From NCBI RefSeq assembly GCF_000315625.1, contig NW_005434541.1, forward strand, positions 1 to 48,172: DNA of 48,172 nucleotides. Direction: 5' to 3'. This document shows, in pieces, positions 35,511 to 46,685 of the stretch; position 1 is the stretch's first letter; every line of letters begins with the position of its first letter. This DNA comes from Guillardia theta CCMP2712. Taxonomy: Eukaryota > Protista > Cryptophyta. Below the pieces are notes generated by a model. The model saw nothing but the letters and a program-made list of their open reading frames with translations, did no database searches and had not been told where the DNA came from. The translations under genes were made by a program, and so were the position numbers.

Positions 35511-37554
35511 AAGCTGGGAGGGTTTTCTGATTTTGGCGTTTCTTCACTGCACCAATGTGAGCTTGCAGATCCCAATGAGATGTGCATGCTGGTTCAACTC
35601 ATTACCTGAAGCTGCTTGTGTTGTGATTGCTGGTTCAGCTCATTACCTGAAGCTGCTTGTGATGTGCATGCTGGTTCAACTCATTACCTGAAGCTGCTTG
35701 TGATGTGCATGCTGGTTCAGCTCATTACCTGAAGCTGCTTGTGATGTGCATGCTGGTTCAACTCATTACCTGAAGCTGCTTGTGATGTGCAGGCCTGGTT
35801 TGCGAGCATTTCCCATGTACCAACAGCATCCCAGCAGGCCAAGGGCCAAAGGCCTCCGCTGATGGGCCTCAGACGGTCTCCCTCCTCCCGCATGGAATCT
35901 GCGCTGAACATGTTCTGCGCAGGGCTCAAATGAGAGTACTCCCTCCTTCTAGCATCGTGGTCGATGTCGAAGCTATTTCGTCTTCAGCTATGAACTCTGG
36001 AAACTGCAAGCGGGGTCATTGCGACCAGCCGTTGGGATTTGTAAGGAACGAAAGATACGTGGCAGTATTGCTCAGCACTTTCTAGGTGAAGTGCGATATT
36101 GAGTCATTGAATTCTGGATCGGAATGTCGAAATATGGTGGCAAGGACAACCTATGTATTCATTTTCTGTCGTCCACTATTCTAACTTGAATCTCTAATGC
36201 AGTATTTGTGTAGGTGTCTGGGATGGTGAAAGATGTAGGTTCTAATGTGAAGGTGATCAAGAAGGGCGACGTAATATTTGCTCCAGCTGCTTTTGGTAAA
36301 CACATAGACCCAAGTGATTTGGCTTGGAGGCGATGTTTTGACTTGTGCGCTGGTTGAACAGGGGTGAAGGTCAAGCAGGAGCTTGAGATTGATTTTCAAG
36401 TTGCTGTGACCAAACCTAAAACATTCACTGCATCTCAGGCTGCTGTCTTCCCATCCCTTGCATGCCTCATCCTCCAGGCTTTGTGGAGATGTGGAATATC
36501 GAATACAAGCATCCTTATGGGCAAGCGAGTGATTGTCACAGGAGGTACAAGTCCCGTTGGCTCGCTTGCAATTCAGTACTTCAAAGCCCTGGGATGCTAC
36601 GTGATCGCTACCAGCGACAAATCCGGGAAGGAGGAGCAGAGGATCGGGGCTGATGAGATCGTCGATTACAAGTCAGTATCTTTCTACGACGAGCTCAGCG
36701 ACCTTTTCCTCGTCGTCGATGCTCTTGGTTCCTCCGCTGAGGAAGAGTTTGCCCTGAGGAGGGGAGGAGTTCTTTATGCATCCATCATGAATCCGTTGGT
36801 GGCCCTGGTTACAAGGGAGGGAGTCCTCAAAGGTGGAATTGAGGTCTACAAGTTCAGCAGAGGGGAGGAGACGCCATGTCAGTGGGTCCTGTCAGAGGAA
36901 GGTGCCAACTCTCTACGTGAATTTGCATATTTGTTGCAAGAGGCAAATGTGAAGCCGAGGTTTGACAAGGAAAGTTACACCGCTGCAGAGTGGCTAGAGG
37001 CAATGAGTTGGCCCAAGGATGTGGACACAGGGCTGCGCTACGGCTTCCCTGGACCATCATTGTGGAAGGAAGAGGACGGGACAAGTACCTTGTCTCAGGA
37101 GATGTCTGAATCCGATCGGGACGAGGATCAGGAAGTTTTGCAAGACGAAGAAAGCATGAGAGAGATGTATGACAGACTTAACAAAGATGATTCGAATGAG
37201 ATCAGCTTTGAAGAGTTCAAACGAGCACAAATGGGGGCTGTAAGACAGATTGAATCGGAAGAGCAGATCAAGGGTATCCTCATGAACTCGCCGCCCGATA
37301 TGCCAGTGCTGGTTGAATTCCATGCCCCATTCTGCATGACATGCCGTAAAATGATGGCAAGATTCAGCAAAATGTCGAAGAAGAAAAGAGATGCTATCTT
37401 TCTAAGTGTCAATGTGAAAGAGCACAAGAGTGTGGCAAGTATGTACAATGTGAAGGACGTTCCTTCTTTTGTGCTTTTTCGCAGTGGGTCATTGATCGCT
37501 CAGTACAAGGGGGCAATAAGTGAGCGAGAGTTGTTGAAGCTCATCGAAAGCTAA
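35511..37554 (+). CDS. MDR-family (quinone oxidoreductase/RTN4IP1-like) protein fused to an EF-hand and a C-terminal thioredoxin domain; 5' end uncertain
   Basis: GroES-like exon VSGMVKDVGSNVKVIKKGDVIF; KPKTFTASQAAVFP; Rossmann VIVTGGTSPVGSLAIQYFKALGCYVIAT; IGADEIVDY; EF loop NKDDSNEISFEEF; Trx PVLVEFHAPFCMTC..YNVKDVPSFVLFRSG. Confidence 0.85.
35579..35793. repeat. 41-bp minisatellite, five copies plus a partial sixth, intronic
   Basis: Unit GATGTGCATGCTGGTTCA(A/G)CTCATTACCTGAAGCTGCTTGT, contiguous with no spacers. Confidence 0.95.
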
Positions 37555-37659
37555 AACCGTAAAACCTTTACAAATTTAATAGGAAGAGATGAATAATGAA
37601 TACCTTGACAGCTTCACTACGAGCCGTTTATGATGTGTTTGCTCGTGAATGAACAAATC

Positions 37660-38438
37660 TCACATTTTCTTTCCTTCCTCTGATTCTGACTTGTTGATGA
37701 AGTCATTGATTTTTCCGCATAAGTTGCAGTTGACTTGCTGGTAAACTATCTTGACTTTGCCCTTCTCTTCTCGCAGCATTTGCGCTAACATGGAAATCTC
37801 CTTGTCAGAGTTCTCCAGTCTCCTATTCAGTGCATCGCATCGCTTTACGGCCGCAAGGTACTCCTCCTCCTTCTTTCGCATCCGGGTCGAATGTTTCTCG
37901 TTCGCCTCTTCAATGGCGGCTTGTAATGCCTGATCTGCCTGATTCTTCACCTGTTCTAACTCCTTATTTCGTGAATCTCTCTCCACTTTCAGCTCATTCC
38001 TCGCAGTTTCGGCCACAAGCTTCAAGTAATTCATCTCTCGATCGACAGCCTGTAACTTCTCGAGCAGCTTCGTTTCGAAGTCAAGGCTATCGTGCGTCAA
38101 AAGGCCGTCGTTCCTTGCATCATCCAACATGCGCGAGTGCAGGTTGTTGTAGTATGCTTCTTGTCTTTTCAGCTGTGCGGACATTTCCCTCTGATGCCTC
38201 TCATCGATCTGCTGCAATTCTGCTTTCAACGAATCTATCTCATCTCTAAGCTCCCCGATCTGTCAAGATTATCAGTCCACGAACAATCATCAGAATTGAG
38301 TGCATCTCAACTCACAAGTTGCCTGTCTTTCATCCTTTCTTCTTCCATAGTCTCTATCATCGCCTGGAATCGTGTCCTCTCTTCTTCTACCGCCTCTTCC
38401 ATGAGCGTTTGAACCCCCGCAAGGTCAAATCTCGCCAT
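37660..38438 (-). CDS. Coiled-coil hypothetical protein (two exons)
   Basis: MARFDLAGVQTLMEEAVEEER..KDRQL|IGELRDEIDSLKAELQQ... E/K/R/Q/L-rich heptad-like sequence with a C-terminal CNLC. Confidence 0.7.
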
Positions 38439-38479
38439 TGAACTTGGGCCACTGCTTTGATGTCTTTTTGGTGCACTCC

Positions 38480-38625
38480 CGGTCGCCGCGGCGGTTACTG
38501 CTCAGTCAGGACCGGCCCGCCGCGCGGCGGCGCCCGGCCCGGGACTGTCCGAAACCCGGTGACCTGGGCGGCCCGGCAGTCCCGGCGTCACTGACTCGCG
38601 GCCAGGCCGCCGCACTGCGGCAACT
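38480..38625. promoter_or_regulatory. CpG-rich island immediately upstream of the coiled-coil gene
   Basis: CGCGCGGCGGCGCCCGGCCCGGG and GTCACTGACTC, starting about 40 bp from the ATG at 38438. Confidence 0.5.
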
Positions 38626-38933
38626 TGATGTTCTGGAAGAACTTCGCATGGCAACAAAGGAGCAGTTGTGGAATAAGCACCAACTCGAAATTGTCGCCAA
38701 GAATATGCAGTACGGTCATCGCCTTCCGAACCTCACTGTCAGCGGCCGCAGGCTCCCGATCCCCTAGAAGCGCAGGAGAGTCTCGAGTCCGACCGGAATG
38801 GTTGGCGGAACAGAAAAAGAACGGAAGTGGGCGTAGCAAGCAGACATCAGTCATACCTTGATAACTTTTCACTGAAACTTAGCTATTTTATTGCAGCGTC
38901 GCACCCGGAACTCTCGAGCCGTTATTTCACTTG

Positions 38934-40343
38934 TCAGTATTCCACTGCGCCGATAGCGAGGGCTTCTTTATAGTGAAGAATCAAGGCGCTTTGCAGTTCC
39001 ATCCAGCCACTTTGTATACTCGTCAAATCTTCGTCATTCTCAAGAGGAAGTCGATGTTGTAAGGATGATGATACAATAGGATTTCCAGCAAACGACTCAC
39101 TGCTGTTGTCCATTCCATCATATTCCTCATCCTGACTGTTTTCAACTTCAACCTGAACATCGGCGGCGTCTGCACCATCGGATGTTTGTGCATCATGCGC
39201 AAGTATGATGTTCTGAAGAATACAACATGTTACGAACATGTTGTCCACTTCTTCCTTGTACCAAAAGTTGCACGGATTCTTCACACACCTGAAACGCATC
39301 TTCAATCTTCCAAAAAAGCATTCCACATCCTTGCGACATGATTCCAGCGCTCGAGACCACTGTCGACTATCAATGTCCACTGTGTGAGGTAAAGGACATT
39401 GTAACACCCTCCAACAGTGATAGCCTTGATCGACCATGATCCACAATCCTTTGTGAGTTTGTACACGACCTCCACCAACATACAAGTCAAACTCTTCCTG
39501 CGCATAACGAGTTCCCTGATGCACGGATTGCAAGAAGGAATCGTAGCGTGCGATCATCTTGTCATTGAACGATCCGGGAAATCCACGGGTGATGGACAGA
39601 GCTTTTCCACTATGGTCCACACACACTTGATATGCAATTGTTGGAAATTTCTCTTTGCCTTTGTACGACGGAAGATCTTGGGCTGGACACTTGTCCCAGG
39701 GGATATGTACGCATTCACATGACGCAATACATCCAGGAAAGCCTTTCTTGCGGTACATCTCCGTGGTTTTGAAGATTTCTTCCGGCGAGGTCGGGGGATA
39801 TACATACTTGTGATACTGCTTTGCCATGTTTCGACAGAACATGTGGAAAAAGTTGCGATTGGATGCCTCACATGCCCCATTCCCTTCACGGATATTGTTG
39901 AAACGGTGCCCTCCTCCTAACACACGCAGAACACCAAGAATCATGAGTTCAAGGGGCGGCATGGGCTGCCCACACACGTTGGTGATCTGATCATGATACC
40001 ATTTCTCTTCACGAGCCAGTTTCACAATGTCAAGAAAAACAGGATATGGCAAACGAAAACTACGCCTGAATTCTTTGGCAGCACGTGAGGATGGATCAGC
40101 AAGTGAAGGATCTTGCAGGAGCACAGCCCACCTCGATGCTGCATAATTCCTTGGGAGCCGAGGCTGCTCCTCCACCCTTCGCTTCTTTCGAGCTCGTGGA
40201 AGAGGGACAGAGTCATGCAGTGATTGAGCTTGTTGAGCGGAAATGTAAAGTCTCATCAATTCAAGAAGACAAGCAAACAGAAACAAGAACTCGGGGTCAT
40301 CAACATGAAAATTGTCGCCGTCCATGTACGATGCCGACGGCAT
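38934..40343 (-). mobile_element. Intronless PIF/Harbinger-type DDE transposase-like ORF (HARBI1/ALP1-like nuclease family)
   Basis: FRRSFRLPYPVFLDIV, LRVLGGG, KKGFPGCIASCECVHIPWDKCP, YKGKEKFPTI, GFPGSFND, VDQGY, RKDVECFFGRLKMRF and CCILQNII all appear in family order. No TIRs or TSD found by eye. First in-frame ATG at 40343. Confidence 0.9.
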
Positions 40344-40439
40344 GGCTTTGGCGGGAATTATCTTTTTCAAGAAATCCAGAGGGCCCGGGGAAAAAAAGAA
40401 AGCGAAATCCGGGTCTGGAAAAAGAAAACCGTTTCTTCG

Positions 40440-41120
40440 AGTCAGTCAGTTGAGTCCCCCGGCCCCCAGCAGAGTCGACCGTACTCGGCCGAATCCGGCG
40501 GCCCCGGCCGCCGGCGGCGATCGGACTCCGCCGGCACATACTGCGGCGGCGCGGCAGCTGCTCACTGCGGCTGCTCAGACTGCAGCCTGGCCCACCTGTG
40601 ACCCCGGCGGCGCCCCGGCGACTCTGAGCCGCGACGGACCGTACGAGTCGTGGCGGCGCCGCGGCGCCGGGGCCCGTGATCGGATCGGGGATCGGACCGC
40701 CCGGGCCGGCCGCACTGCCGGCCCGGCCGCACCGTGAGCGGCCGCGGCACCGCCGGCCCTCCGACCGTCAGCGGAGTCAGTACGGCACCGTACTACGGTA
40801 CCGGGCCGGGCCGTGTCACGTCGGATTACTCAGTCACGAGAGGCACCACTGGGCCACACGGTCGTCGGAGGCGGCGGGCCGCGCATCCGGCGCGCCCGGC
40901 CGCCGGCGACCGGCGGACTCCGGGACAGTGAACTTCCGAAGTCGGGCCCGGGGGCGAAGGCTGAAGGTGAACTTCGCCTTAGCAAGATTGAGTAAATCAA
41001 GAGTGGCCAACTTCGAAACTTGACGAGGCTATGGATGATGCCAGGAGGGGCCTGATCGGACGGGTGGCCGCCCCGCTGACTCGCTGATCATGCCAGTTAC
41101 TGCGGCCGAGCTCGCGTGAC
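40440..41120. promoter_or_regulatory. Largest CpG/palindrome-rich island, directly upstream of the transposase-like gene
   Basis: GAGTCAGTCAG, several CCGTAC copies, CGGCGCGCCCGGCCG and GGGCCC clusters. Confidence 0.5.
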
Positions 41121-41134
41121 TCGTTGCAAATTGA

Positions 41135-41910
41135 TCAAATGTAAAACGTTTCAAGTTTATTCATTGAATCATCACTAGGGCCCGGGGCAACTTTCATCCA
41201 ACATGAAAACAGCCTTGACCGTACATCTGGATCTCGATCACAATCATCAAGATAGTAATGAAGCAGACAGTTCTCATGAAATAGAAGACATAGTTCTCTG
41301 TGCCCGTCCTGAATCAGCCCTTTCGTTCGTTTTTCTCCCAAACTCGACTGCAAATCCTTGCATAGCATTAAACATTTTCCTTGCAACCGAAGGCACATTC
41401 ATAAACTTTCGAAATTTCTTTTCTTTTCGCTTGAATGTCTGAGGTGGTGGGATTTCACCGACAGTCTCATTCAATTCGTTTAGAGTAATCTTTTGGCTTT
41501 GGAAGGCGTTGGGAGCACCTGGTTGGCTCGACTTGTTTTCAGGAAGAGAAAACTTTCGGGCTTGCATCACTGATCGCAAAAATTTCTCCTTGATCAAATC
41601 CTTCGATCCATCTTGTTCTAATTCTCCTTCTCCTTCTCCTTCTCCTCCTCCCTCTCCTTCTGTTTTCAAGTGTTCAAGCACTGGCTCAAATGAACTATTT
41701 TTGCTCTTCACCATGTCCAGGCACAAACTATTTCCTGTCATTTGAGCACAACTGTTGTTGTTCTTCTTGTTCGCCTTGGTTCTTCTCTGGAATACTGTTA
41801 TGTGTATCTTCGCTCCTTCGCTGCTCTCAATCGAAAGTCAAAGCTTTCATACAGAGCTGTCGTGGCTTGTTGGTCCTTGCCCTTAGCTTCCTCTCTTGTC
41901 CAAGGTGGTA
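41135..41910 (-). pseudogene. Possible degenerate or unresolved gene (charged ORF pieces in shifting frames)
   Basis: Overlapping 155-aa and 87-aa minus-strand ORFs plus upstream fragments, with no clean splice model. Confidence 0.25.
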
Positions 41911-42469
41911 AAAAAATCGAGCAGTCTTTAGCTAGCCAGTCCCATCGCAAACTGTACTCGTACCCCCACCTCCCTTAACTCAACACCACCCCTTGTTCAG
42001 ACCGTAAATACTACCGGATCAGGATAAAGCTTCAGGACCCTTGAGTGGTACCTTGAGGTGGCCTCTCAAAAGTTCCTTGTATCATATTGACCTTTCTTAT
42101 CAACCACCCCCCTTTCTACATACCCGTAGTACCCATTATGGACATGGGTCCTGTAGCGTCTGAAGGTACTAAAATTACTACCACGTTTACTCAAAGTTAA
42201 GTTAAAAATTAGTAGTACGTTGTTCATTGGCCGCGCAGAAGAAGGCAACTTTGAGTTCTTTTTTTGGAAGGGGGGGTTGGGGTGGGGTTGGGGGTTAATT
42301 TTTCAAAGTTTGTGTTTAAATTTGAATATTCTCAGATGTCCTCAAAACATTGATGTTGAAATCAGAAAGTTCCCTAAAAAAAACTTTGGCTTTCCAAAGA
42401 CTTTTTCCCGCACAATATACTTTCATTAAACTCTGAAAGTTTTCTGTGATTTTTATTGTTTAGCACCAT

Positions 42470-42960
42470 AAACGGCCACACTGACCGTACATCATGACTC
42501 AGTCGGAGTCTGAGCCTGAGTCGAGCACCGGCGACACAGGCTCTGCACTCGACAAAATCATGCGCGCCGGGCCGCGATGCTTTGGGTTTCACTGATCCTA
42601 GCCTACAGTCTATCCGAGTCTCATCACTCATCATCCGATGGCACCGTCCGATCCGGTCAACGGGCCCGGGGCCGGGCCGGGGTGCTCCTCAACTTGCCAT
42701 CGGATCATCGGATTCTGGCCCAAGTTTCGGCCGGCCCGGGGAAGTTCGTGTGCCGGGCCATTCTGGTAAACTCGGTCCGTCTTGGGGTGAGCACTGCTCG
42801 TACTGATTTTTCACTTAACTTTGAGTAAAGTGGCCAGGCTGTCAGGCTTTTTGCCTGTCACGCCGCCGGCGGTTACGCTGGGATTGCGCCGGTTAAAGTT
42901 AAGGATTTGAATTGCCAAGGCGTCACTGCGACCGCTCCGGTGGGGTTTGGGGCGCAGGCG
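42470..42960. promoter_or_regulatory. CpG/palindrome-rich island
   Basis: CCGTAC, TGACTCAGTCGGAGTC, GCGCGCCGGGCCGCG and GGGCCCGGGG words. Confidence 0.45.
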
Positions 42961-43761
42961 AAGATCCTGCAACGGAAATAGGCACGATCTCGTAACGGCT
43001 GATCGCAAAGTCCCACGTGATGGATTCATCTGGATCCTTCTCGTGCCTACTGGGCCTTAGGAGCCTGCTCTTGAAAACACATCGTTTCGCATCCACACTC
43101 CGGATGCTGACATACTGCCCTCATCACACCACCCCCACCCCCCTTTCAACTGGTTTTCAACCGCCGACGATGCGGCCCAACGATTCAATCTCAAGACTAC
43201 CCCTTCGTTCTAGAACAAATCCCACCCTTGCTTCATAGAGCAACATGCTGGTTCTTTACCCCTACCCTTTCCTGTAAAACCACCCCTAGCGAATATCCAT
43301 GACTTGGTACCCCTCCTTGTCCCTGTCGAAGTACCCCACCCTTTCGAAGATCTCGAGTCTTATGGCACGGGCATCTGTCTCCGTGGAATAACTCACATGT
43401 GCCACCCTTACCCTCAGAATCATTCGAATGTACCCTACCCACTATTTGACTATACAATTTTGTATGATTACACCGGTACGAAGGGAACCACCCACCCCGT
43501 TCAACCCCCTTGCCCCTGTAAGGACATCATCGGTTGTGCTGACTGTCACTGCCATCTATACCATGACTGCAGTCACAACCTCCACCCCACCCACCTTTCC
43601 AGAATTTGTCGAATAGTACCCTGAAGATAGGATCAAAAAATGGGGTATTTGAGGGGTACAAACCAGAGAGGTAGGGTAGGGGGTGCCCCTTGAGGTAGCA
43701 GGAAGGAAAGGTTTAATATTCACGACGAGAACAGCAGAACACATCAGTTACCGCGACCGAC

Positions 43762-44415
43762 ATGTCCGCCATGGTGGGCATGAAGCGAAATCGCGCGATG
43801 TATGAGGAACTAGGTGGAAGCCAGATCGAAGGGAGCACTGCATGCCATGCAACAAAGATGCAGAAACTGCGCAAAACTGCACGTGTCTCTTTCAACCCTT
43901 ACGTCGTCTGCCGCAATGTCGTAATCGCTGATGATACAGAATCCGACATCGTTTCCGACAATGGAGAACAGGTTGCTGCGCAACGTGACATTAGCATGTT
44001 CGAGGATCTTGTCTGTGCCGTGAAGGATCACGACGGAACTGTACTGGAGACTACCGTGGCGGGTCAGATTGTGCAGGCATACATCAAGGACGCAAGCCTC
44101 AAGACGTGTCAGAAGATGATCGACTTTCTCGAGAGCAAGGGGTTGCTCGATCTCATTCTCAAGGTCAAGGCTTTGATTCTTCACCTTATCATTCGGATAG
44201 CTGAAAGGGGATCCGCGGGGATGTACAAGCCTTGTTATTCTTTTCATAGATCCTCCATCCCGATGTTCTTTACTATCTCCAAAGCTCTTCATGCAGCAGC
44301 CTCGAGACTGCAGGAGCAAGCACAGAACCCGAACACAACAAGTTTTGTGAAAAGTTTTGAGTTGACACCAATTGTAAATAGTGTAAATACCGAATTTTCA
44401 GTAAAGGCATGTTGA
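43762..44415 (+). CDS. Intronless orphan protein with an RVSF (RVxF) motif; paralogue A
   Basis: 217-aa ATG-started ORF that aligns along most of its length with 46686-47279. Confidence 0.8.
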   Translation: MSAMVGMKRNRAMYEELGGSQIEGSTACHATKMQKLRKTARVSFNPYVVCRNVVIADDTESDIVSDNGEQVAAQRDISMFEDLVCAVKDHDGTVLETTVAGQIVQAYIKDASLKTCQKMIDFLESKGLLDLILKVKALILHLIIRIAERGSAGMYKPCYSFHRSSIPMFFTISKALHAAASRLQEQAQNPNTTSFVKSFELTPIVNSVNTEFSVKAC

Positions 44416-46685
44416 TCTGTTTAAAGAGTTGTCTTTGGTCGATAACTGACTGTAAGGTTCACAAGTGTTTAATAACTGGTTGGTCTGTTGCATAAATGGC
44501 AAAATGCCAGGATGTTCCAAGGCATTTCAGACGCTTACAAAACTGAATATCGGTTGAGAATTTCTTTCCAAGATGCACATTCATTGCTTGGATTGACACC
44601 CTTGCAACTTGAGACGAGTGCGTATTAATGAAATTGCACGACAGCATTTGATGGCAAACACTGAAAGCATCACTCTCGCTCGCTCGCTCGCTCGCTTCCT
44701 CTCTCCCTCGTTCGCTGGCTTCCTTGCTCCCTAGCTATCCCCACCCCCCAATCCTATCTCTTCGACCATGTGCATCGTGTGTTTGCATGACATTAGAGCC
44801 TACTTTGGTATATTCATTGCAGCAATCTTGGAAATCATTGACCAAGTAGAGTGAATCAAGCTAAAGCGCTAGAAAATTGATGTTATGGTCAAGCAAGGTA
44901 TGGACCGCCTGTTTTGTATGTCAAATCATATAAAGTTGATGATGATAAAGACGTGGAAGTGTTCTTACCTGTCATTGCACCAATGCACTTGATGCGATTT
45001 GAGATATAAGAAAAGGTCGTGATGCAATAGTCAACGCGCTCCTTGTTTTTCTCGATGTTGTTCAGAGTGTTTCTGCTCATTAGTTGTTCGGGCATCTGGT
45101 GGTAAAGCAGGTTGAGAGAGTGCGAAGAGAGATTTAGATCGTGCTATCAGATAAAGTGACATCGATAAACATCAGTCAACAGCAATGTTCAATCAGGGCA
45201 ACAGAAAGGGAATACAGCCCATGGTCGGCATTGTTCTTTTTTGTCTTGGTTCACATTTTATCAGTTTTTGCATGCATGATGTTCCAGATTGCTAATGATA
45301 GAAACATAAACAATCATAATGGAAGATCTCTTCGTGAGGTCGAGTACTCTGTTCTATATGTGACTTCAATCGTTCCAAAATCTTTTTTCCTCATTGATCA
45401 CCAACAGCATCGCTTTGCCATCAGCCGGATTCATGAATCGTTTGATCATCGACAAGTAAATTCATCCTTGTTCTGAGGATACATACAACATCCATACAAT
45501 TAACATGCAAATCATGTCAACAAGCATTTACACCACAAAGCGCTTCTCAATACAACTGAGTGCTGCCTTCGGGGAATCTTGAACATTTGCTGATCTATCT
45601 ATGATAATTTCTTGAAAACAGCACATCTCATTGTGAACATTAATGCATTGATGTTGTCAGAATCATCTTACCCCCTCGATCGCAGTCAGCATCGTCGTCC
45701 TCTGCGCGCCCTCAATATCCCAAGTTCCATGCATTACGAAGAGACAGTGCAGCCGTTATATTTGCGGGAAAACGTTACGTTTGATCGTAAGATCCGTTAG
45801 AGATTTCGTGGTTCATCTTGAAACGGTTGTTTCTGAAGGAGGTATGTAACGGCTGTAACGACTGATTCAGTTATTCACGCCCACGTGATGGGCGCCCATA
45901 CAGTCTCACAACTCATTACGTATGGGGGTACTAGATGGTTCCACTCCGTTCGAGATACACTTCAAGACACGAAATCGTTCAAGTAGAGCACTAATAGAAA
46001 CCCCTGATGCTACCTTGTGCCATGGAGCTGATGACAATGATGTCCTACCCTCTCCTCCAGGGGGTAGGGGGTACCCTCAAAAGTAGTTGAGCACGGACTG
46101 AGAAATACGTGACAGGTTGCTCGTGATCTTTACCACATAACAAATCACTGCAGGAGAAACGACGTGTTTTTCCTACTCAGAAGTCTCCCACGTGACAGTG
46201 GTTGCGTAGCTCAATAGGATCCCACGTGACGGATTATTTGATAAGTTGCTTTTTCACACTATCCTCTGAATCCATGGCCAGTCAGTGAAACTGAAGAGTT
46301 GTATGATTGCATTTTCGAGAACTCTGGCTTCTTCCCCCTTTCCCAGACTATTCCCCGGATTCTTTTGACCCCCAATTTTCTGAAAGTACCCCGTCATAAG
46401 AGCAATATTTGTATGTGAATACCACCCGTAAACTGTTGACCCCACCTCCCACATACATTCCCCCGCTACCCTACTTACAGCCTCATCAACAACTCTTTTA
46501 AGATTAAAAACCATGCAAACCTCCACCCCCTGATTCAAAGTACCCCTTATTAGACCTAATGTTTGCACTACTTGAGGTAGGTACCACAATGATGACAGGG
46601 GGTAGGGGTGAGGTGACTACTTTTAAGACTTAGAGGGGTTTGCTATAAATCCTGGTAAACAGGCAGGAACGAACATCGAACTAAG

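Noticed and set aside
35579-35793. 41-bp repeat as a CRISPR array
   Set aside because: Units are contiguous with no unique spacers, there are no cas genes, and the context is eukaryotic.
38648-38861. Small + strand spliced ORF (MATKEQLWNKHQLEIVAKNMQY...)
   Set aside because: It needs an intron shorter than the others seen and has no recognisable homology, so it cannot be supported without transcripts.
38860-41200. Terminal inverted repeats for the Harbinger ORF
   Set aside because: AGGGCCCGGGG at about 40380 and 41177 is in direct orientation and is a common island word. No inverted pair brackets the ORF by eye.
42228-42479. AT-rich segment of about 250 bp bounded by TGGCCG...CGGCCA as a MITE
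   Set aside because: The inverted match is only 6 bp, there is no convincing TSD, and no second copy occurs in the window.
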